Translations under genes and position numbers: made by a program
Source of the DNA: Orbicella franksi
Taxonomy: Eukaryota
DNA: 64,000 nucleotides
Direction of reading: 5' to 3'
NCBI GenBank assembly: GCA_964199315.1
Contig: OZ116699.1
Span: 20,336,001-20,400,000 of the forward strand
Part shown: positions 49,087-60,000 of the stretch, one piece after another
Layout of the letters: every line of letters starts with the position of its first letter
Position numbering within the stretch: position 1 is the first letter of the stretch
The notes under the pieces: generated by a model
What the model saw: the letters and a program-made list of their open reading frames with translations, nothing else
What the model was told of the DNA's origin: nothing
Databases searched by the model: none

Positions 49087-50737
49087 GGGGCAAACCATTT
49101 GACTTTTGAGGGAGGGTTGGGTTGGAGATTTTAAAAAAAAATTTCCTGCGGCTCCCAAGCAAAGAAAAAAATTCATGCATGACTGACGCTGAGAAAAAAA
49201 AAATCATGCACGCGTTGGGCAGCCAGAAAAAAATTCTTACAAGTCGTAGACAGCCCATCCCTGCCTGTAGTCCAGGAAATCTAAGTCGTTTACATACAAG
49301 CTGTGCTCTTTTATTCAATAAAGCAAGGTTGTCTCAAAAAAAGGAGTTCACTGAGTTCATCGAGTCGTGACTAAATATTTAAGTTATCTAATCCTTTTTC
49401 TAGCATGACAATCCTTTATATCATCAATAAATAATATTATTATTTTGTTTGTGACCGTTTGAATCAAAACTCTCGCGTTCAATTTGGAAGATGACTGATT
49501 CCAGGTCTTGCATCAATAAAAATGGGGTTGGCAGTCCTGCACCGTGACTCCCAGGCGCCTGTTTTAGACGAGTATATCTTTGAGCAAACACCCTTTTTGT
49601 ATGAAACATCGAAGGACCGGATTCCTGTAGATTTCGCCGAGTAATGGTTGTTGTCCTATTAAATGCCATTTTTTCGTGAGGATTTGTTTAAAGGTTTGGC
49701 ACTGATAGTTGATATTGCGTGACAAAAGACAAAATTCGTTTGTTTTCCCTTTTCTGTTTTGGTTGGAGGGCTACTTTCCTCATTTCAAATTTCCGGCTTC
49801 AGAGAGGGTTGTCAGAATAAGATTCTCTCGCTAGCCTCTTTCAATACGGTGTGATCAGTGAAGATATTGATTTTCTCTTGAACTATTTTCGTCGAAGAGT
49901 TTGTTCTGAGAAGTCTTGGAGCATCTCCTTTGATGAAACCTTTTTTACTCTCGGTAGGTGGGTTGAAGTGAAGTGGATATATTGAAACGTCTCAGTAGGC
50001 TTGAAGTGTGTACGCACATCAAGAACAGAGTCTTTTTATTAATCTTTTGACTTTAGAAATGTTAGTACCCAGGAAGGTCGTTTTTGTTTCAGATACTTCA
50101 GCCGTAAATTTTATTGTTGGGTGGGGGTTATTTGCCCGGCGTTCAATGAACTGTGCTATTCCTCCTCTGTTTATAGTGTTTATAGAGTGAAATTATGTTG
50201 TTTCAATATGAGCGGTTGAAATGCACTTTGGCTTAGGATTTCTGTTTCTACCTTACTCATGAAGATGTTAGCAAATGCTACTGCCATCTTTGTGCCCATG
50301 GCTTGCCATGTATTTGGAGGCAGTTTTTTTTTTTCAGTGAACTGGAATTAGTTTCCTTGTAGAATTAACCTCAGGAATTCTTCCAGTAGTGGTGGTGGGA
50401 TAGGAGTTTTGTTAACGTAGAATGTTTCCTATGCTCTGTATACTGTTTTGATTCCCCCCTTTTGTGGTATGTTCGTATAGAGGCTCGGTACGTCCATTGA
50501 AAAAAGTATAGCGTCCGCTAGGACTTGTTTTTTCTACGAAATTAATGGAGTCCGTTGAAGTTGAGATAAGACTTCTTTAAGTCTTTAAGTCTTCTTTTCT
50601 GTGATCTTCTGTTGCTTTGCAACAGGTAGGGCTGTCCCACCCCTGATTGACTGAAAATAAAAAAATCTGCCTTGTTGGTCAGTGGGGAAAAAATATTTCC
50701 CCTCTCCCCCCTTCTCAAAAGTCAAATGGTTCGCCCC
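49087..50737. mobile_element. Non-autonomous PIF/Harbinger-type DNA transposon (1651 bp)
   Basis: TIRs GGGGCAAACCATTTGACTTTTGAG / CTCAAAAGTCAAATGGTTCGCCCC with a TAA target-site duplication at 49084-49086 and 50738-50740. TWA TSDs are diagnostic of PIF/Harbinger. Confidence 0.88.
49520..50630 (-). mobile_element. Decayed Penelope-like retroelement (RT domain relic)
   Basis: Frameshifted translation gives SMDVPSLYTNIP (50465-50500), AMGTKMAVAFANIFMSKVETEIL (50234-50302), HPTIKFTAEVS, HFKPTETFQY (49979-50008), KKGFIKG and LKDILV. These resemble PLE RT motifs. The catalytic YxDD is not recognisable. Confidence 0.85.
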
Positions 50738-51062
50738 TAAAATAAGAGTTTTGCCAGGGATTTATACAACTTATGCTGTTAGTAGGATGACCTTTTGCCT
50801 CACAAAAAAGGCCATGGTTTTTTTTTTTTATCAGTGATTGAGCATTTGTTTCATTCCATTGTGTAGCACTGTAACTGAAAAAAAAAAAAATGGTAGAAAA
50901 AAATTGATACATGGGGTTTTGTCGCCTGAGTCTTAGACGGTCCAGACGGTGCCAAGGGTTTTGGGGAATGGATGTGATTTTTACACGACGTAATATACGA
51001 CCTCCACTTTTACGCTGTGTGTAAATACAGTCGGCTCAGTTTCATTTTCAAGAAGAGCAAAG

Positions 51063-54000
51063 ATGGCCGCCACGTCTCCTTCTATACCACAGCTTTTCAC
51101 TGAATTAGATAGATTTGCAAAGGACGGAAATTATGCCAAAGCTCAGAAAATCGCTAACAAGAGTAAGAGAAGATATTTAATCATTCTGGTAGATGATTTG
51201 TTTCAGTTAACCGTAAGCTTTTCTGTTTAGTTCTACAAGAAAAACCTGACGACAAGGAAGCATTTCATTGTAAGGTGATCGCTCTCATTCATCAGTCATT
51301 CTTTCGGGAAGCTGTCGATGTAATCAACTCAGCGCCGAAGAAAGGGTAAGCATGAGATATTTTTGTGTTTCATTTGTTATTATGAAGGAGAAACAACTGC
51401 AGAAACTTCGTTCAAATGGTGATTAAGGTTACAGTATACCTTCGGGTCGGCAATTTTCTTCAAATTTGGATTTTTGAGTCAAAATAGTGGTCGAAGAATA
51501 ATCTCTAATTTCTGAAAAAAAAATTGAAAAAGGCTAAATATTGGCGGAGAAATGGCGGTTTTACGTTTTCACCGGAAGTAAAAGTTTACCTCTTGATTGA
51601 CAGCCCTATGGCGCGTATGCAATCAACCGAGACGATTTTCGCGGGAATTACCTATATGGATGTCACGAATTGACTGCTCAGTTGATCAGCATTGTTGTTC
51701 TGACTACCCAGCATTTTTGGTATTAGGCGTGTCTCTATTATGTTATAAGTAAACATAGACCACGTTTAAACCATGGACCAGTTCGAAAAAGCGAAAACAG
51801 CGAAGAACGAATGAAAATACATCAACGAGTGAAGAAGCGAAAGTTCGCCACACGGATGAAGCTATAGTTATCGTATAAGGCGGGCAAATATTTGTGGTAA
51901 GAGAAAAGAAAGGTTCTGTAAAAATTTCGGAACTTGACAGCAATAACAGGGATGCTGACAGAGACTGTCCTGATGAGTCCGATATCAACGAATCGTCGGA
52001 CTCATTGAGACCATTTGAAATATTATCCATGCACAGTTGCCCACACACAGTTGCTCTCCGCGCTTTCTTGTGTTTGTTTCCTTCGCTCAGCCACTCTAGC
52101 GTTTGTATCCGTTTTCAGTCTTCCCCATTTTGCCAGACCAGCTTCAAGAAAAACCGAGCTACAGAAAAATTATCTCTCTGCCTTCGGTTCCTTGAGCGCA
52201 TTGCGAAACACAAGAGTTTTTTAGAGATTCGCGCGTAAATTTCACCAGGAGGTTAACGGTAGTAAACTTTCCCTGCCCTGATTGGCTTAGTTATCTGAGA
52301 ACCCAGTTGAAGGCGTTTGTGGGCGGAGTTTGTTTGTGAAGCAGAAAATTTTTCTTAGCGCTGTTTTCTTGAATAAATTTTTTCACTTGAAGCAGACACT
52401 TTAAAGAGTTATAACTCAAAGGGAATTTGTTCAATTGCTCTTAAATTTGGACAGTGGCTAGTTTAACATATAAACTACAAAAGCGTGTCTGGGAATTGTT
52501 AATTTCGGAATACTTTTTCTTCGAGAGCAATTTTTGTACGATCACTCGACATTTTTTTAATCCTATTTCGAAAATTTTCTGTAACTTTTTACTACAATTG
52601 AATATGCCAAAACGCAGACACGTTTTTTAAGCGCTTTAGGCCCTGAAACCGAGGGAAAAATTAAATTGGCGAAAAACGAAATTCGTTTTGACTTGTAGCT
52701 TTCGAAAGGTGATTCGGGCGCTCCCATTTAGTGGTCGTGAAAAATTCGGCAATTCATTTTCTTTCAAAATTCTTGGTATAGTTTGATAGCCAGCTCCATA
52801 AGCTTTAATTTGATATAGGGGTTTAGGTATCTACAGCTTAAACTACACGCGCTACATCGCTTGCGCGCGAGACACCCCTGAATGTATACTGTAACCTTAA
52901 ACAGTACAACCGCATTCTCTGTGTGAAGTTCTCCGCATAAGCCAGCTTTATACTTTCAGTAGGTTTGATGGTTCTGGCATCGAAGGGTTAGCTAGAGATC
53001 AACCAATAGTTATTTTTGGGAAGTAAACAAGCACTAAAGTAGTGAAAAGCTTACTCCAAGAATCTAGCCAATCTGATCATATATATCTCCCCAGAGCCGC
53101 CTTTTCGTTGTGCCAAGGCCCTGCAGACTAAAAGGGGCAGGCGGCTCCGAGAACAAGAATGCAGTATTTTTTCTTGAATCTTCCACTTATACTATCTAGA
53201 AAAACATTTAAACCATAACATTTGTTACTCTTTGAGTTCTCTCAAATGCAGAGTTATGTGGACATTTCCATGCACATGTCCTGTTTAAGGTCATTCCACT
53301 GAAATAGAACCTGCACTGAGATTTTTGTGAAACTTTGCCTATTGATTGTTTATATTATAGGAACTTAAATTTTAAAATAAAAATGAGGGCTCCCCACGTT
53401 CGTTTAGAAGCAACAGCACCTTGTTTATACCCATATAAATCCTTATGATAGCACCATGATTGTAGTCATGATTGCTTGCTAAATTCACATTTCCGATGAT
53501 TGCTTTTTGTTCTAGACTGAGAATTGGTCCATATTTATTTTACACAGACAAAGTTATTACTCAATACAAAACAACAGAAAAAAATGATAGGTCACCATAC
53601 TTGTTTGCGAGAAAATGACGATTTACCTCTATGGCGAGGTCCAGCTGTAAAGAAAAAGCCGCCATTTTTTAATGCGCGCATGCTAATCACGCATGAAATT
53701 ATGCGCAGTAGGGATGCGCATTGCAATACTGGGGAATAACCTTAAATACATTATTTTAATGATTACCCACAACAATTCTGTTTTAGTTATATTTTGTTTT
53801 TAATTTCATGAACAATCCTTGAACAAAAAAGAATTAAAATATATTATTTTTAATATCACACAGGATTGAAATTGACCTTCATTTTGAAAAGGCTTATTGT
53901 CTTTATCGCCTCAATAAATCTCAGGAGGCCTTGGACATTCTTAATGCCATTGCTGAGCCATTAGAACATGAAAAAGAACTGAAGGCCCAAGTGGTAAGAA

Positions 54001-57000
54001 GACTAATACATTATTTTAACAGGGCTTTTCAGGTTCAAAACAAAATTAGTCTGAGTTTGTAGACTTCTCTTGTCAAGCTATTTTTTTTAGCAGGCTAAAA
54101 AAGAAGCCATCAGTATTAATAGCTAATTTCAGCAATACAGTAAACACCTGTACATAAGAACAAATGGATTAAGAATATCAGGTTGAAATTTGGCCGATAA
54201 AGCACCATATATGTAAGAACCAGTTCAGCCTGATAAACAAAACATGGTTTTATATAATAAGGGAGAGGGTGTTGGGATAAGAAATAATAATAATAACAGT
54301 AAATAAAAATAAGAATACGAATGATAATGATAATAAAATATGTGAACTAAAGCTCTAATAACATGTTATCTGTAGTATTTCTGAAACAAAGTTTAAAAAC
54401 ATATTAAGAACATCTTCAGGCTTATTTCTCACTAAGCACCTGAGAAATAAGATCCACCCGATACAAAAGTACTAGATCAGCCTGAACCCCGAAATTATGT
54501 GTTCTTATGAAAACTGAACTGATCAACATGACATGAGTGTGAGAAAAAGAAAAAATCTGAGTCCCTGACAGGAATTGAACCCATGACCTCCTGAGCACCA
54601 GGCGGGCACTCTATTCACTGAGTCACGAGAACTCATGGAGAGCAAAGTAATTTAACCAAGTTCAGTTAAATGACCTTGCTCTCCATGAGTTCTCATAGCT
54701 CAGTGGATAGAGCACCCACCTGGTGTTCGGGAGGTCATGGGTTCAATTCCTGTTGGGGACTCAGATTTTTTCCTTGCCCCACGCTTGTGTCATGTTGATC
54801 AGTTCACTTTTCACATTTCATTACTGAGCTTAAAATTCACCACCTTTATTCACTTATCATGTTTTCTTATATGCAGATGTTTGCTGTATTGCTTCCAGAC
54901 CAGCACATAACACAGAAGTTGCATTCTATGGACTGCTCTCAGTGTTTAAAGATAAATTTAAATAGTCTGGCTTTCCTTTCACTGTTTACACATACTTTGT
55001 GGTAATATTTGAGCGCTAAATCAAATACTTGACCATGAATGGGTTCCTGATTATTTGTCATCAGTGTCATTGTTTTTGTTGTGATTTATTTTTTCAGCTG
55101 TATCGACTTGAGGACTACAGGGCATGTCTAGATCTATACAGAGATTTGATCAAGAATTCTCAGGTAATCATTGTCATTTCACTCACCCTGAGTAGCTTTC
55201 CTATGAAAAATAGTTGTTCTCGTGACATTGAAAATATGCTGGACCCATGCATACATGTATTAACATAGATATAAATTTTGGCTTGTAATTTATTATTATA
55301 ATTAAAAATAAAGAATTGGTTCATGTGTATCTATGGTGATCAATACCTTCATTCTGCCTATAACCTTCAAGGCTGTAGTCTAAGAAGAATTACAAGGAGC
55401 CCAAAGGTTTCTAACCATGAAATCCTGGGTGTCCCCAGCACTTTAAGACTTATATGAAAAAAAGCTGTCAAAAGTAAGTTGCCTGTGGCATCCAGGTGCT
55501 TCTAGAGCACAGCCCTGGCCTTTACAGCTGACCTAGCATTTATTGGTATTGTGAAGAGAAAAAAGGTGCTGATCCATTTAATTTTCTGCTTGATTTTTAT
55601 AGGATGATTATGGAGACGAACGAGAAACCAACCTTGCTGCTGTTATTGCTGCTGCTTCTCAGTGGGGCAGACTTAAGATGGTATAACTCACATTTCAGAT
55701 TGTGTTGAGTATCATAAATGTTGTCATTGGCCTGGCCCAGTAGCTATCAGTAGGCATGCAAGTTAAAACATTTATTTAGTCAGTATTTAGTGGTATAATT
55801 GTACTATGTGATGTAGCTGTTCTCCTTAGCCATGTTATCCAAACTTTAGCAAGTCCTGCAATAAATACTTTCTTCAATCGCTACTTTTTTGGATTTCCCA
55901 ATATGCCCACACTCATGTAGCCATCAGCATGTACATTAACATGTATACCTTTCAACTTGTCTACCTTTCAACTGACCTATATGAACATTGTATATTAATT
56001 AACATCTGATAACTAAAGGTAAAAGTTCCTAGACTGTATTTACTACATCATTATAGACATAAATCAGGGCTCGAAAACAGTGCTGTCCAGTCATCAGGAA
56101 CAAGTGTCAAGCAAGTAACTTCTCATTCTCACTTGCCCGATGGGTAAGGGCCTGGTCAAGTCATCTGGCAACTAAAAAAAAAACCAAAGTAAGCTAAGAC
56201 TTGCCCAGGCCAAGTAAAATTTTAGAGCTGCTTGTCTGAAGGGCAGGCTGGCATTCAAGTTTCTTTCAGTTGAAACCCTGATAAACATCACTGGTTTGTT
56301 CATTTGGATTCTGGCTGATCTAGAACTTGTATTATACAGGATGACCCTGGTTTGAGAGAAGACACTTACGAGCTGTGCTATAACTCAGCATGTCTTTCTC
56401 TGGGTCAGGGTGATGTTGAAGTTGCTCAACAAAAACTAAGGAGAGCAGAAGGTAAACTTACAAATTCATCTTTATGCAATATTCTCAGTGTTCATATTAT
56501 GCACATTCTTTATACATGTTTCGGTCATACATGCAAAGGCAATAATAATATATTGCCTGTCTACAGATTCTACATTGTTAGAAATAACAGTCTGCCATTA
56601 GACACCAAGTTTATGAAATTATCCGCAACTAATTTTACTAATTTTTAGACATCACGTCCAAGCACTAAAATGACTTAGGCTGTTTAAAACCTCTTTGTCA
56701 GGAAGATCTTGTTTGCCTTGAAACATTTTCAGAATCACAACTCAGACAGATCCATGGTTTGCTTTGTTTTAATAGCCTCTCCAGACTTGGATAAAACATG
56801 AAATGAACATCTGCTTTGCACACTTTTTGCTTTATGCATAGCATACCTCTGGTTTGAGTCATTCAGTCAGGGGTTAATTATTGTGCATGCAAATTGCATA
56901 ATTAATATCTGACCAAGTTATTAATATGCAGCCAATAGACCTTTCCTGCATTCCGCTTCAGTGCTTTCGAACAATAGTACCAGAGCGAGGTTGGGGTGGA

Positions 57001-60000
57001 CATTTTCGTACATTTCTTGTAATTTTGTCCACCCTGACCTCGACTCGGTGCCATTGTTTGTTGGAATGTGGGAAAGGTCTATTAGCGATTTGAAAGGACA
57101 CAATCGTGATCTGTAATGTAATGAAAATTATTTTCATCACTGTTTTGATCTAAAGTATGACTTTGTGCTTTTTCAGAGCTTTGCCAGAGAAGCCTTCAAG
57201 ATGATCCTGTAAGTGTTCTTTATTGGTGTTTTTAGCAACAACAGCAGCATTCTGTTTGAATTTCAGGCTGAAGCTACAGTTTGACTTGAGATATTACTTA
57301 AGACGGATGCCGCTCAAAGTTTGAGCAATAAGTGCTAAAATGTTTTACGATAAATGCACTCATGGCACAGTAACTTTATAAATTCTATTTGAAAAATCTC
57401 ACTTTAATTCACTCCTCTGAGTGACCCCGTGATTAAATTCTCAAGCATTCTCAAGAAACTCAATGTGAAACCTCATAGGAGCAAGTGTTGAGTTTTATAC
57501 TCATGTTATAATTTAGTTTAGTTTGGAAGCATAACTGCTCTAAAATATTGAGAGACATATAGTTCCTATTTTGGCTCTGTACAGAAGAATGATAATGACA
57601 GGAAAACTTGTTTACTACTTCAGGATGTAGCAGAAGAAGAGATTGAATCTGAGATGGGTGTTGTCAGAACTCAGCTTGCCTACACTTACCAACTGCAAGG
57701 GAAGAATGACGATGCGCAGAAGCTTTATAATCAAGTTCTCAAATCCAAGTATGTAAATGTTCTTCCTAACTCAATGATAACAAAGTTACTTTGAGTTCAT
57801 CCATACAGCAGTTAGTTGTATACAGCATGTCAGAGAACATGTTGTCAGGGCTGTGCTCTAGAAGTGCCCAGGTGCCACAACTGACTAACTTTTGACTTTC
57901 AACTGGAAAAACTCACTTTTTTCATATAAGCTTAAGCACTGGGCATCCAATATTTCATGGTTAGGAACCTTTGGGCTCCTCAAGAGTTTTCATAGACCAT
58001 AGCCTTGGTTGTTGTATCAGATTTGAAGTCTAACTTAAGTGTCATAATATTCTATTACAACCCAGATACAAATTCTTTAAATGACTGAACAAATGCCTAC
58101 TCATATACAGATGTGTTTTCAGGCCTTTTTCCAGCCAAAAACTCAGTGCAAAGCAAACTAAATGTTCATCATTCTTTGTTTGTAACAGACCTAATGACCT
58201 TGCCTTAGCAGCTGTTGCTTCCAATAATGTCATCACTCTCAACAAGGTAAGCTGTGTGTATACTAAAATGCTACCAATGACAGTGATGGGCATGGCATTT
58301 CTCGTAGAGTATCAAATGACATGTTATGTACCTGTAGTTGCCAATGCTGTGTTAAAAAAATTGTTACTGACTGCAGAGGAATTTGATCATGGTGTGTTTT
58401 TTTGGAAATAAATCCTAGGACCGTGATGTATTTGACTCAAAAAAGAAAGTTAAAGCAACAACTGCAGATGGACTTGAGCACAAACTGACTGGAACTCAAC
58501 AGCGAACCATGGCATTTAACAGATGCCTTCTGCTCTTCTACACAAATCAGGTGATTTAAGTGAAACAGTCTGTCATAATTTTGACTGTGATACCTAGACT
58601 CGGTAATGCAATGCATCATCTGACAATGCTGCACATAAGTCTCCTTTGCAGATGTTATTTGGCCTGTGGTTGCCTTGGATATGCTTCTGCCCCACAAATT
58701 GCTTAATTATCAGCCACTGTTGAGGGAAATGAACAGACCTTTACCCCTCCCCAAATTCAAGAAAGTGGCAGAAATCAAACCCATGGAGAAGTGTACTACA
58801 TTCAGTCCACCTACTTTTTGCAAAGATGACTAGCAAGGCTTAAGGCAGATTGTAAATCTGTTTTTTTTTTTTTTGATTCTTTTTTCAATAAACAGCTTGA
58901 AGCTTGTCGCAGCCTGATATCTACCCTGGAAACAAAATACCCTGAGAGCGATTTTCCTTGCCTGATGAGAGCTTCACTCCTCCATCGAGAGAAACATTCT
59001 GATAAAGCAGTTGAGCTGCTCAAGGTATGTGCAATACTGTTTATAATACTCTTAAAAGCTTTCATTTCAAATTGACATTTCAATATCAGGGTTCCCTTAA
59101 GCATTTAGTGTCCTCTATGCAGACATTTTTTTGGCAGACAGTGGAAGAGTGTTATTCTCACAGTGCCTCTCTCCACCAAGGTGTATAAATGGATACCGGT
59201 TTATTAATGCTGGTAGGTAACCATGCGATGGACTAGCATCCTATCCAGGGGGAAGTAGAAATACTCCTTGTCGCTTCACGTTACCCAAAGCGGAGATAAA
59301 TGTATAAGCGCCGCCCTGATGGGCCACTAAAATGGCTCATATACAGACTTTATCTTGCCATAGCCTGCATATAGACTTCTAAGTTATTTCCTTTTACTTG
59401 GAAAAAGTGACTTTTTCCTCGTGAAAGGAAGAAGAAAACAATGGCATGCATGTTAGTTGCATTATTACACAATCTTTCTTGGCTGACATATTAATTTTTG
59501 TGTGTAAACTAATCAAAAGAGCATAACTGTGTAGGATCTGACTTGTCCCCAGTCATCTTCTTACAACAAGCGGAACGGCACAAGGGGAGAAGTACAAGGT
59601 TAGGGAGCAAGTGGTATTTCCCTACCCATGTCACTCTACACTCCCACCTCAACTCATGCCGCGCACTGTATCAAGTTGTATCAAAATGACTGGGGATGAG
59701 TCATGTGTAGGATATTTCCTGTAGATTGTTGGTTTCTGGAGACAATCTTTTATCATTGTATGATTGCTTTGTAGAATTATGCAGGCTCTCATGATAACAC
59801 TGCTATGAATGTTAAACTCACACTGGTGCAGTTGTATTTGGCACAAGGTTGGTAGTTTGGTTTGTCTTTGTGTAGGTTATTCCACTGTAAGGACCACATG
59901 AAAACATTACAAAAGAGAAAGCGTTTGCTTGACAAGGTTATAGTATACCGTGTACACTGTCAGCGTACATTGTTACAGCATAATTGAATTATGCAGTGAT

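Noticed and set aside
51060-51071. YY1 motif overlapping the SRP72 start codon (AAGATGGCCGCC)
   Set aside because: Imperfect match largely explained by Kozak context and the Met-Ala-Ala codons.
51743-52238. Nested host gene in SRP72 intron 2
   Set aside because: The ORFs lie wholly inside a TIR-bounded element and contain a stop in the most protein-like frame.
51423-52900. piggyBac assignment for the TTAA-flanked elements
   Set aside because: Termini are GG..CC or AG..CT rather than the CCC/CAC starts typical of piggyBac; Kolobok-like is preferred.
54684-54765. tRNA gene
   Set aside because: A and B boxes and the D arm are present, but the anticodon and T stems have mismatches and it is embedded in a repeat duplicated as a palindrome. 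Best treated as a SINE head.
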